Assembly: GCA_044229845.1 (NCBI GenBank)
Contig: JBGASG010000001.1
Span: 288,001 to 352,000, forward strand
Length of the DNA stretch: 64,000 nucleotides
Reading direction: 5' to 3'
Source: Candidatus Obscuribacteraceae bacterium
Lineage (GTDB): Bacteria; Cyanobacteriota; Vampirovibrionia; Obscuribacterales; Obscuribacteraceae
The notes beneath the pieces are model-generated. The model was given only the letters and a program-made list of their open reading frames with translations, was not told where the DNA came from and did not search any database. A program made the position numbers and the translations under genes. Below are positions 21,216 to 30,147 of this stretch, piece after piece (position 1 is the stretch's first letter; every line of letters begins with the position of its first letter).

Positions 21216-22109
21216 ATGGCAATGTCCTGTACAGATTTAAAAGAAGAACTGTCGCCCTACGTAGACGGTGAACTTGATGAGACGACGCAGTTTGCAGTGC
21301 GCAAGCACCTCGAAGCCTGCTCGCCGTGTCAACAGTTTCACGATGATATGCGCGGCGTCGGTGTGTTGCTCACCAAGGTGCACACCAATGTAATCGAGAA
21401 CGCCCCGGACATCTGGGCGAGCATCTCCAGCAAGATGCCTGACGTTTGCGAATGCGTCCAGGACGATCTGTCCGCCTATCTCGACGGCGAACTTCTGCCT
21501 TCCTCGAAAGAAGGAGTGACGCTGCACATGGAGACGTGCGCTGTCTGCCTCGAGAAATTCAATGAGTTGAGCCGCGTCAACGGTGTGCTCTCCAAAGGTC
21601 TCGAATTGCCGGCGGACTTCCAGCTCGATCTCTGGTCGAACATCAAGCAACGTCTCGATGACGATTGCGTGCTGATTCGCGAAGAGCTTTCCGCCTTCGT
21701 CGACAAGGAAGTCACCATTCTGCGCCACCGCGCCATCACCTCGCACCTGACTGAGTGCGGCGAGTGCTGCACGGTCTTCAACGGACTGGCCGAAACCGGC
21801 GACCTTCTGCGCGCCAACTACCAACCGGAAATTCCAGACGACTTTGATCTCTGGCCTGCAATTCAAATGAAAATGAATGTGGTGCCAATCACTGCCGCCA
21901 AAGAAAAACGGGCCGGTGCTCCTGCCTCGCGGCGCTTGCTGGTTGCTGCTGCGGTTGTCGTAGCAGGCATCCTGGCTTCGCTGGGACTCTTCGCTAACAT
22001 GCATCCGCAATCGCAGCTAAATCCGGTGACTGCGGAAGCCTACTTGATCGATTCCTCGTTAAATGAACCATCTGATGTTGCTGAATCCTTCGCGTACGAC
22101 AATCAATAA
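21216..22109 (+). CDS. Membrane-anchored anti-sigma factor with three tandem zf-HC2 (ZAS) domains
   Basis: HLEACSPC, HMETCAVC and HLTECGEC, each preceded by C...LS(P/A)(Y/F)(V/L)D(G/K)E. One TM helix near the C-terminus. Confidence 0.9.
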   Translation: MAMSCTDLKEELSPYVDGELDETTQFAVRKHLEACSPCQQFHDDMRGVGVLLTKVHTNVIENAPDIWASISSKMPDVCECVQDDLSAYLDGELLPSSKEGVTLHMETCAVCLEKFNELSRVNGVLSKGLELPADFQLDLWSNIKQRLDDDCVLIREELSAFVDKEVTILRHRAITSHLTECGECCTVFNGLAETGDLLRANYQPEIPDDFDLWPAIQMKMNVVPITAAKEKRAGAPASRRLLVAAAVVVAGILASLGLFANMHPQSQLNPVTAEAYLIDSSLNEPSDVAESFAYDNQ

Positions 22110-22650
22110 CCTGAGTAAAACTCTGGTCACGGCTGCCGTGGTTACGACCACGGCTTTGCCCGTCTATGCCGATGATCCCGGTGCCGCCGGCGCCTCCGCC
22201 ATCAACTGGAGTCGCCTCAATCTGACGGCGCAGCAGCAAACTCAGATTCAAGCTCTGGAAGAAGAGTGGTCGGTGAAATACATGCGCCTCCAACCGCAGA
22301 TTGTTGAGGGCAAGAAGAAACTGCAAAAGCTTTTTGCAGACCCGAAAGCCGATCCCTTAGAGATCATGAACACTCATCAAACAGTGATGCGCTTGACCGA
22401 GGAATTGCGTACGGCAGCGACTGCCAATCACTTGAAGAAACGCGCCATTCTCACACCGCCACAGCGCAAGCAGTACGAGATGATGCTGCAAACAATGCTC
22501 GTCGAACGCCAGCGCAGCAACCTCGGCAGCGGCAGCTCCGGTCAATCCGGACTGATGGACATGATTCAAAAGGCCCGCTGGGCAATCGGCGGACAGCCAA
22601 AGCCGGCCGGCGACGCCAAACCGCAAAACGTCTCAGCTCCCGCACCATAA
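22063..22650 (+). CDS. Spy/CpxP (LTXXQ) family periplasmic protein
   Basis: Signal peptide-like N-terminus; LNLTAQQQTQI and ILTPPQR motifs. Confidence 0.75.
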   Translation: MNHLMLLNPSRTTINNLSKTLVTAAVVTTTALPVYADDPGAAGASAINWSRLNLTAQQQTQIQALEEEWSVKYMRLQPQIVEGKKKLQKLFADPKADPLEIMNTHQTVMRLTEELRTAATANHLKKRAILTPPQRKQYEMMLQTMLVERQRSNLGSGSSGQSGLMDMIQKARWAIGGQPKPAGDAKPQNVSAPAP

Positions 22651-22773
22651 CATCATAGCGAGCCGATCCGTTGTCACCATATTTAGTGGCAGCGGATTTT
22701 GTCACGGTTGTGCTTGGTTGGTTTCTTCCCTCTCGGTGGAATGTAAAGCCCGCTGGGGATAACTGCGTGCGCA

Positions 22774-22800
22774 GGAACAGACGGGGCTTTCGGGCGTCGA
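22774..22800 (+). promoter_or_regulatory. Predicted ECF sigma promoter GGAAC-N16-CGTCGA
   Basis: GGAACA...TCGGGCGTCGA shared with the sigG upstream site; 34 nt before the ATG at 22835. Confidence 0.7.
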
Positions 22801-22834
22801 TCTATTCGTAAGGTAGTTTGATGAGCTGCTAGTT

Positions 22835-23293
22835 ATGAATCGTTCTCAGTTAAGTAAGAAACCTATTTTGTTTATGACACTAGCAGTGGTGACAGCGACT
22901 CTGGCTATGCCTGCGCAGGCGCAAAACTGCCCGGCCCCATGCCGCGATCCCTATGCCCAGATGCAGCTCAGCCCGCAGCAGCGCCAGCGAATTCAGGGCT
23001 ACCAGCAGCAGTGGAACGAGCAGTACTCGCAATTGCAACCGCAACTGAGAGCGCAACAGCAACGGCTGGTTTCTCTGTTGTCCAATCCTCAGAGCGACGC
23101 GTTGGAGATTTCTCAAACGCAGCAACGCATTTCTTCGTTGCAGCAGCAATTGAGCACCCAGGCGACTATGAATATTTTGCAAAAACGCCGCATCCTCAAC
23201 GACCAGCAACGTCAGCAATTGCGCCAAAACATGACCGGGATGCTGGGGAATAGACCGCGCCCCAGCGCCCCCAGAGGCTTTAGGAGCTTCTAA
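22835..23293 (+). CDS. Spy/CpxP (LTXXQ) family periplasmic protein, Gln-rich paralog
   Basis: Signal peptide ending AQA; LSPQQRQRI and ILNDQQR motifs; alignable to the upstream paralog (DPLEI/DALEI). Confidence 0.75.
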   Translation: MNRSQLSKKPILFMTLAVVTATLAMPAQAQNCPAPCRDPYAQMQLSPQQRQRIQGYQQQWNEQYSQLQPQLRAQQQRLVSLLSNPQSDALEISQTQQRISSLQQQLSTQATMNILQKRRILNDQQRQQLRQNMTGMLGNRPRPSAPRGFRSF

Positions 23294-23342
23294 GCTCCTG
23301 TAAACACGATTACGTCCCTCCAAGGCAAGGAATTGTCTGTAG

Positions 23343-24305
23343 ATGCGAGAATACGCATTACAGTCACATTTCCTTCAGCGCGTGAGGATGCATCTCGTGG
23401 GCAAGTCAAAGCCAGTCGACGCCAGTTCCGGTCAGCAGCGGATGGCCTCTAAAAAGGTCAAAGGTTCAGGTACGGGCAAGGTTGAGTTGCCGACTGCAAC
23501 CGAGAGCAATGCAGCCGCCGACTCGAAAGCGCAGATGCTCTGCACCGCGTTGATGATCGTGTTCGGCATTATGGTGCTGGCAGGTGTTGGCTTCTCGCTG
23601 GCGCAGCTTTATCAATCGATAGTCGTGAAGGCGGATGTGCTGGGCATCTTCTTCGGTGCCGCCGGATTGATCGTCTCTGTCTTGTTGGGACGGGCGCTTC
23701 TCTGGTTGACCTTCTTGTTGCCGATTCTCTACGCTTCCAAAATGAACGCCTGGAAGGCAGAGGAAGCGCTTTCGAAGAAAGCTCTCGGACTGCGAAAAGT
23801 CATTCCGACCGCCGGCTCGACCGCCGCAGTCATGCTCATGCAAGGCTATATCAAGCGTGGCGACTTCGACCAAGCGCTGGCTTTCGGCGAAGAGCAGTTT
23901 CAGCAGAACGAGAACGACAAGAAATATCTCCAGGCTCTGGCGCCGGTTTTCTCCGGTGTCGCTCTCGCTTGCCAGACCAAGGCTAACTGGAAGGATTCTA
24001 TTACCTGGAACGAGCGTGCCATCACCGCCTTTGAAGGCATCCAGACTGAGATGACTGCCAAGAAAGGTCTGCTCCAGCGCTTCGCTGCGCAGCAAGACGC
24101 GCAGGTCTCCGGTAGCGTCAAAACTCAGCTCGCTCTTTCCACCTTCAGCAATGCCAACAGCTATTTCAATCTGCGCAACTTCCGCACGGCGAAAGAACTG
24201 TACAAGAAAGCAATCGATCTCACAATGCAAGCACCAGACTCGCCTGAAAAGGCAGAGATCATGCGGGTATCCAAAGAACAGCTGACACGCCTCAAGCACC
24301 AGTAG
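23343..24305 (+). CDS. Membrane protein with C-terminal TPR-like helices
   Basis: Two to three N-terminal TM segments followed by TPR-like helices. The start may be the GTG at 23397. Confidence 0.7.
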   Translation: MREYALQSHFLQRVRMHLVGKSKPVDASSGQQRMASKKVKGSGTGKVELPTATESNAAADSKAQMLCTALMIVFGIMVLAGVGFSLAQLYQSIVVKADVLGIFFGAAGLIVSVLLGRALLWLTFLLPILYASKMNAWKAEEALSKKALGLRKVIPTAGSTAAVMLMQGYIKRGDFDQALAFGEEQFQQNENDKKYLQALAPVFSGVALACQTKANWKDSITWNERAITAFEGIQTEMTAKKGLLQRFAAQQDAQVSGSVKTQLALSTFSNANSYFNLRNFRTAKELYKKAIDLTMQAPDSPEKAEIMRVSKEQLTRLKHQ

Positions 24306-24309
24306 GAGC

Positions 24310-25569
24310 ATGAGCATGCCGGAAGAAGAGGCGCAGACGGAACCGAAAGCAAGCAAAGGCGGCCGGAAGAAGCTGATTCGCTTTCCGATCTTCTTGACCG
24401 CCCTCGCTCTTACTGGTGGGATCCTGTGGGTCAATCACTGGATTGATACGGATATGATTCCTACGAATCAGCAGGATGAAGAGGATTGGTCTCGGCGGGT
24501 TGCCAAAATGTCTCCAGCAGAGGCGAACCTGCTGCAACTCAGGCTGCAACTGAGGGAAGCGCGAGATAATCGGTTCAGTCCGGAGTCGGCAGGAAACACT
24601 CGCGCCGTTCTGGGATTGTTTTTCCTCTCCCGGGGCGATGTGCCAACGGCGATCAAAACCCTGGAACCAGCTGCGGACCAGTATTTCAAGTCAACAGACC
24701 ACACTTCCATGGAAATCGCCATACGACAGGACGTTCCGCATAACTTTGCCGGCATGAGGCGCACCTCGGTTGCGGACATGTATATCGCTCCGTCCGAATG
24801 GCGTTGGAAGCGGCTGTGTAAGCTATATCTGGGTGAGAAACAGTACGACAAAGCCGCTCAGCTGATGGACAAAATCTTGATAGAGTCCGGCAGCGACAGA
24901 GAAGTGTCCAGTGGCGATGTGGTGGCACTCCATGAGCTCGCGTTGGAAGTCTATACCAGCGCGGGACAGAAGGCGAAAGCCGAAGCCGAGCAAAAGGTGC
25001 TGAAGACCTCTGGCTGGATCCCGCGCAATTGCTCCATTACGCAGAATGTCGAGCAAGCGCATGCCGACTTGCGGACCCAGACCTTTCAGTATGGACTCAG
25101 TCTGATGCATCGCGGTCGCGGTCAGGAAGCGGCTGATGTCTTCAAAAAGATTGCCTACGACGAGTATTCCCTCAAACATCGCACCGACGATCCGGATTTC
25201 CTGGCGTCGACACACATGATGATCCCGGTAGCACTGGTGTCGGTGCAGCATTGGGACGAAGCGCAGAGATATTTTCCGAGAGCGCTCAGACTCGCAGAGA
25301 AACAGGGCATCACCTTCGACATAGACGCACGAACACCATTGTGGCGCGCTTACGCGACGCTTTTGCAGCATCAGGGAAAGGCATCTGAGGCCGAAAAGTA
25401 TCTGGATAAGATAAGGAAGCAGCCGGAGTTTCCCATCGACGTTGAGTTCATTAGCGCCGATCAGCCGGTGCCAATGACACCACCCGATTCTCCTGTGAAT
25501 GCGCTACCGGCTCCCACCCCATCCAAGTTCGACGACGCAGATCTGTACGCTCCAGAGCCCGCCAAGTGA
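24310..25569 (+). CDS. Membrane-anchored TPR protein
   Basis: AGGAG RBS, N-terminal TM segment, TPR helices and a Pro-rich tail ending DDADLYAPE. Confidence 0.75.
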   Translation: MSMPEEEAQTEPKASKGGRKKLIRFPIFLTALALTGGILWVNHWIDTDMIPTNQQDEEDWSRRVAKMSPAEANLLQLRLQLREARDNRFSPESAGNTRAVLGLFFLSRGDVPTAIKTLEPAADQYFKSTDHTSMEIAIRQDVPHNFAGMRRTSVADMYIAPSEWRWKRLCKLYLGEKQYDKAAQLMDKILIESGSDREVSSGDVVALHELALEVYTSAGQKAKAEAEQKVLKTSGWIPRNCSITQNVEQAHADLRTQTFQYGLSLMHRGRGQEAADVFKKIAYDEYSLKHRTDDPDFLASTHMMIPVALVSVQHWDEAQRYFPRALRLAEKQGITFDIDARTPLWRAYATLLQHQGKASEAEKYLDKIRKQPEFPIDVEFISADQPVPMTPPDSPVNALPAPTPSKFDDADLYAPEPAK

Positions 25570-25603
25570 ACCATGTGCGCGTGAGCCACTCGTTAACGGC
25601 AAC

Positions 25604-25834
25604 CTAGTGTTCCCACCAGATTGGAACCTCATTTTGAACGCAAAAAATCAACTCGCTGCTGAGGTGTTTGAGTTTCTCGATGTAGCCTTTGGCTGCCTGC
25701 ACAGATTGCATGTGCTCACCATAGCAAGGTGAAAAGATTAGCGGTCTGAAGGTGGCTTCTGCATCAGCAACTAACTGCTTGAGGAGTGCATTTGGATCGA
25801 TGACTTTTTTGGTCACGATGTCATCCGCGACCAA
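25604..25834 (-). pseudogene. Probable 3' remnant of a hypothetical gene
   Basis: Coding-like frame ending VPIWWEH*. Its upstream part overlaps the opposite-strand remnant that begins at 25835. Confidence 0.4.
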
Positions 25835-26026
25835 AGAGCCTATGCGGCATTTTTGGAGCATCAGGGCAAATCTTTGGAGTCCAAGCAATATGTGCGTAAA
25901 GCTGAAGTCGCAGCGAGCGCTCCGCAAGAGGATGTTGTTTTTTATGAGGAGACCGGGAAGACGGAAGGTCCGCCGCCGCCAGACTACGACGACAACGATC
26001 TCTATCCGCCCGAATTGCTGAAATGA
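25835..26026 (+). pseudogene. 3' remnant of a paralog of the 24310-25569 TPR protein
   Basis: Translates RAYAAFLEHQGKSLESKQYVRK...DYDDNDLYPPELLK*, matching RAYATLLQHQGKASEAEKYLDK...FDDADLYAPEPAK*. No upstream start; in-frame stop at 25772. Confidence 0.75.
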
Positions 26027-26047
26027 CAGGCACCGAATATGGTGCGG

Positions 26048-26698
26048 CTAACGGGTTCTCGTCTGCCTGAACATCATATCCAAATCAAGCTGCGAAACTT
26101 TCCGCCACTCGCCAGGCGCCAGTCCCATGGACCAAAGATTCAGTTGACCGATCTGGACGCGGAACAGTCTCAAGGTGGGGTTCCCCACTGCGGCAGTCAT
26201 TTTGCGCACCTGGCGGTTTCTTCCCTCGGTCAATGTCAGCTCGATCCACGCAGTCGGAATGTTGGCGCGATAGCGAATCGGTTTCTCCCTCTCTGGAAGC
26301 TCCTGCGGCAGCGGATCGAGCAATCGCGCGCGTGCCGGCGCCGTGCGTTTCCCTTCGATCATCACTCCGCGTTCCAGATGGTTCAGTGCCGCTTTGGCGG
26401 GGATATTCTCCACTTGGACCCAGTAGCGGCGCTCGTGCGCGTGAGCCGGGTCCAGCAACAACTGGTTGAGCCGGTTGTCGTCAGTCAGGAGCAGCATCCC
26501 CTCGCTGTCATAGTCAAGCCGACCGACCGGATAGACACCCTGCGGAAACCCGAACTCCGCCAGTGTTCGCTTATCTGACCCCTCAGGCTTGGTAAACTGC
26601 GTGAGCACTGCGTAAGGCTTGTTGAAAACGATGTATGCGCGGTCGCCACGGGCGGCAAACTCGTGGCTGGACTTTAACGATTTTCGCGGATCGGGCAC
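26048..26698 (-). CDS. rluE: rRNA pseudouridine synthase, RluE/RsuA family
   Basis: FNKPYAVLTQF, VGRLDYDSEG catalytic motif, EGRNRQVRKMTAAVG. Confidence 0.88.
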   Translation of the reverse strand: MPDPRKSLKSSHEFAARGDRAYIVFNKPYAVLTQFTKPEGSDKRTLAEFGFPQGVYPVGRLDYDSEGMLLLTDDNRLNQLLLDPAHAHERRYWVQVENIPAKAALNHLERGVMIEGKRTAPARARLLDPLPQELPEREKPIRYRANIPTAWIELTLTEGRNRQVRKMTAAVGNPTLRLFRVQIGQLNLWSMGLAPGEWRKVSQLDLDMMFRQTRTR

Positions 26699-26774
26699 GG
26701 AGGAAGGTCCTCGCGAAGCTTGGAACGGTATAATGACGCGCTACATTCGACGCAACTGGCTGGAGGGCAAGTAA

Positions 26775-27326
26775 ATGGCTGACAAGCGATTGGCTGGAAC
26801 GCGGTTCCTAATGGTAATTGCTCAGAGCGATTTCCGAGATGAAGAATTGCTCGAACCTAAGCAAGTTCTTGAAGCAGAGGGCGCGCAAGTAACTGTCGCT
26901 TCAACGAAAGGCGGCGAAGCGACGGGCATGCTCGGTGCCAAAGTAACTCCGGATACTACTCTCGATGCCGTCAACTCTGGCGATTTCAAAGGTATTTCGG
27001 TGGTTGGTGGCATGGGTTCGCCGGAGTTCCTCTGGACCAATGCTACCTTGCACAAGCTGGTACAAGAATTCTATCGCGATCAAAAAGTGGTGGCAGCCAT
27101 TTGCCTGTCCGGTGCCGCGTTGGCTAAAGCTGGTGTATTGCAGAACCGCAAAGCCACAGTCTGGGAAATGCCGGAGTCTGTCGCGGCGCTGGAAGAAGGA
27201 AAAGCCACATTCGTGAAAGAGCCGGTAGTTCAGGACGGTCACGTGATCACAGCTAATGGACCGGAAGCGGCGACCGAATACGGCAAGAAGATCGTCGAGC
27301 AATTGGCGAAGGTCGCAGTCAAGTAA
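26775..27326 (+). CDS. DJ-1/PfpI family protein
   Basis: FRDEEL, VGGMG, AAIC nucleophile, ITANGP. Confidence 0.92.
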   Translation: MADKRLAGTRFLMVIAQSDFRDEELLEPKQVLEAEGAQVTVASTKGGEATGMLGAKVTPDTTLDAVNSGDFKGISVVGGMGSPEFLWTNATLHKLVQEFYRDQKVVAAICLSGAALAKAGVLQNRKATVWEMPESVAALEEGKATFVKEPVVQDGHVITANGPEAATEYGKKIVEQLAKVAVK

Positions 27327-27344
27327 GCAAACACAGGAAACATC

Positions 27345-29108
27345 ATGATCAAAGAAAAGCTCGGGGAGCTGGTTGAACAGGCGCTGTCCAAGGCAATTGG
27401 CAGCGGTAAGCTGGGAGCGCTGGAAAGCGTCGATGTGCCGGTCGTCATCGAACGGCCGCGCCTCCCCGAGCACGGTGACTTTGCTTGCGGCAGTGCCATG
27501 AAACTGGCCGGTAAGGCGAAGATGCCGCCGATCAAAATCGCTGAAGCTATTCGTGCGGAACTCATTCCTGATGCCGATCATGTGGCGAAATTGGAAGTGG
27601 CGCCGCCTGGTTTCATCAACTTCAGATTGCAGCAAAACATTCTGGCAGAAACTCTGAACGCGATTCATCAGCAAGGCGAGAACTTCGGTCGCAGCAAATG
27701 GGGTGTCGGTAAGCGCATCAACATCGAATATGTCTCTGCCAATCCCACCGGTGATTTGCACATCGGACACGCTCGGGGCGCGGTTTTCGGCAGCTGCCTG
27801 GCGAATCTGTTCAGATTTGCTGGTGCCGACGTCGAAGAGGAGTTCTATATAAATGATGCCGGTGAACAAATAGCGCAATTAGGAAGAAACGTCTGGGCGA
27901 TCTATCAAAGACTGCAAGGCAAGGAAGTTCCTTATCCGGAAGGAACCTATCCGGAAGAGATGCTTCAGGACTTCGTCAAAACCATAGTGGATCGCGATGG
28001 CGACAAGTATCTTGCGCTGACTGATGCCGAGGGACCGCAAAAACTTGGGGATCTGACCAAGCAAGTGATTCTCGATATTCAGCGCGATCTGCTGCACAAA
28101 ATGGGTATCGAGTTCAAACGCTGGTTCTCCGAAAAGACGCTCCATGCCAGCGGCGCGGTGCCCGCAGTGATCGATAAATTCAGAGAGCAGGGCACCGCAT
28201 ACGATGCCGATGGCGCAGTCTGGCTGAAAGCTAAACAGCTCGGGGACGAGCGCGACCGCGTGTTGCAGAAGAGCGCTGCGCAAGGCGCTAATTACACATA
28301 TCTGGCTGCCGATGCGGCTTACCACCTGGATAAGTTCAAGCGCGGTTACGACCTGTGCATCAACATCTGGGGCGCCGATCACCACGGACAGGTTCCGGGA
28401 CTGAAAGGCTCAATGGCCGCCCTGGGAGAAGACCCGAATCGCCTGGAAGTGATTCTCACTCAGATCGTCAATCTGCAACGCGACGGACAGCTGGTGCGCA
28501 TGTCCAAGCGCAAAGGCACGGTTGTTACGCTCGAGGAGCTGGTGGACGAAGTCGGCGTCGACGCTGTTCGCTATTACCTCGGCGAATCGAGTCCGCAGAA
28601 CCCGATCAGTTTTGATCTCGAGCTGGCGAAGAAGACCAGTCGGGAAAATCCGGCCTTCTACATTCAATATGCACACGCACGCTGCGCATCGATATTACGT
28701 CGCGCGCTGGAAAGCGGCGTCGATCCCGAATCAGGCAACCAACAACAGGCACCCGTCAGCGAAGCCGACTGGAAGAAGTATCTGGACGAGTACAAACAGT
28801 CATCTCAGGTATTCGTGCCGCTGTTCGACGAAGACCCAGCCGTTTTCGCTCATCAGAAGGCGCTGGTAATGCGGCTCGATTCGTTTCCTGAAGAAGTGGA
28901 AGAAGCGGCTCAAACCCGCACCCCTGGGCGCATTGCCAGGTACGCATATGATGTTGCCAACGACCTGCAGAAATTCTATGAGGTTTCGCGGGTGATCACG
29001 GACCAACCGGCTGTCACTAAAGCCAGGCTGGGATTAATCGTGGCGACCCGGCAAGTGCTGGCGAACGCACTTGCCATAATCGGGGTTTCGGCGCCCGACC
29101 GGATGTGA
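27345..29108 (+). CDS. argS: Arginine--tRNA ligase
   Basis: EYVSANPTGDLHIGH, WGADHHG, MSKRKG, YIQYAHAR. Confidence 0.98.
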   Translation: MIKEKLGELVEQALSKAIGSGKLGALESVDVPVVIERPRLPEHGDFACGSAMKLAGKAKMPPIKIAEAIRAELIPDADHVAKLEVAPPGFINFRLQQNILAETLNAIHQQGENFGRSKWGVGKRINIEYVSANPTGDLHIGHARGAVFGSCLANLFRFAGADVEEEFYINDAGEQIAQLGRNVWAIYQRLQGKEVPYPEGTYPEEMLQDFVKTIVDRDGDKYLALTDAEGPQKLGDLTKQVILDIQRDLLHKMGIEFKRWFSEKTLHASGAVPAVIDKFREQGTAYDADGAVWLKAKQLGDERDRVLQKSAAQGANYTYLAADAAYHLDKFKRGYDLCINIWGADHHGQVPGLKGSMAALGEDPNRLEVILTQIVNLQRDGQLVRMSKRKGTVVTLEELVDEVGVDAVRYYLGESSPQNPISFDLELAKKTSRENPAFYIQYAHARCASILRRALESGVDPESGNQQQAPVSEADWKKYLDEYKQSSQVFVPLFDEDPAVFAHQKALVMRLDSFPEEVEEAAQTRTPGRIARYAYDVANDLQKFYEVSRVITDQPAVTKARLGLIVATRQVLANALAIIGVSAPDRM

Positions 29109-29376
29109 GAAACGTGCGCTAAGCATCTGGGTTTCGATCGTCAAAACTGGCTCTGCATCAGCGTCGCAATATAGCTTGAAGATATGCGACGGCGTGCTCG
29201 CGGAAACTCTAATTAACTAAGGGATAACCTTTACGATCGGTTCCACTTTAGATTAAGAGGGCTATCATATTTAACAGGTCAACTTACTGCATCGAGCGTC
29301 TTGGCGGAAGGACGAGTTCTCGGGGCGTGTATTTTGGCGCGCGCAATACAGGCCACGACGCTGGGGGCACTGCTTA

Positions 29377-29730
29377 GTGAATACACAACAACGCGATTAC
29401 ATCTGGAATAGTTTCTTGACGGCAAACGAGGCTTTTCACGAAGGCCGCTACAGCAAAGCAGGACGTTTGTTCAAGGAAGTATTGCAGGAATCGGCGGAGT
29501 TCGGAGAACTGGACCCCCGGTTGGATGGTAGCGCGTGTTCACTGGCCGAGACGTATTGCCGACAGGGAGCGTTCTCAGATGCTGCCGCTCTCTATCGAGC
29601 AGTCTGCGCGGTGCGCAGAAAAATTCTCGGACCTAAACATCCTCAGGTATTGGAAGCTGAGCGTAAGCTGGCCGACGCACTCTGGCAGGTTGGTTGCCTG
29701 ACTCCTGGCGTGTTAGCGCGTCAAAACTGA
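29377..29730 (+). CDS. Small TPR protein
   Basis: SLAETYCRQGAFSDAAALY...RRKILGPKHP (TPR_12-like). Confidence 0.75.
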   Translation: MNTQQRDYIWNSFLTANEAFHEGRYSKAGRLFKEVLQESAEFGELDPRLDGSACSLAETYCRQGAFSDAAALYRAVCAVRRKILGPKHPQVLEAERKLADALWQVGCLTPGVLARQN

Positions 29731-29767
29731 AGTCTTTGTTGCACTCGCTTACATCTCTTCTGTAAAC

Positions 29768-29794
29768 GGAACTCGTCTTCTGCGGGCTCGTCTT
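29768..29794 (+). promoter_or_regulatory. Candidate ECF promoter GGAAC-N16-CGTCTT
   Basis: Same spacing as the two sigG-locus sites; intergenic; upstream of the small ORF at 29859. Confidence 0.45.
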
Positions 29795-29858
29795 CTGGTC
29801 TATACAGATTGGGAGTCGAATGATGGGCACGTCGAATTACATTCCCAGAGAAGGTGAA

Positions 29859-30023
29859 ATGAACGTATCGCTGGACGCGCTCGCGCTTGATCTACGGCGC
29901 ATGCTGTCGGTTCAGTTCAGAGAATTCATTCACCACATTGAAGATCACGAGGTCGAGCCGGTACTTGAAACCAATCCGGGCGTCGTGCATTTTCTCGAGC
30001 GCTGCTGGGTGCAAGCGGCGTAG
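29859..30023 (+). CDS. Small hypothetical protein (54 aa)
   Basis: GAAGGTGA RBS before the ATG at 29859 (the frame is open from 29820). Confidence 0.5.
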   Translation: MNVSLDALALDLRRMLSVQFREFIHHIEDHEVEPVLETNPGVVHFLERCWVQAA

Positions 30024-30147
30024 CAGAACAACATCAAGCTGCAGAACCAACATCAAGGAAACTACTGAGATTAATCCGGTAGTTTCCTCTTAGTATCGGA
30101 TAGACATTTTGTTGATAATATAGGCGCGCCTCACGTGGCTTTTTGCT

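Noticed and set aside
26722..26746. GGAAC upstream of the DJ-1 gene as another SigG promoter
   Set aside because: No GTC at 16-17 nt spacing. The adjacent TATAAT fits a housekeeping -10 element better.
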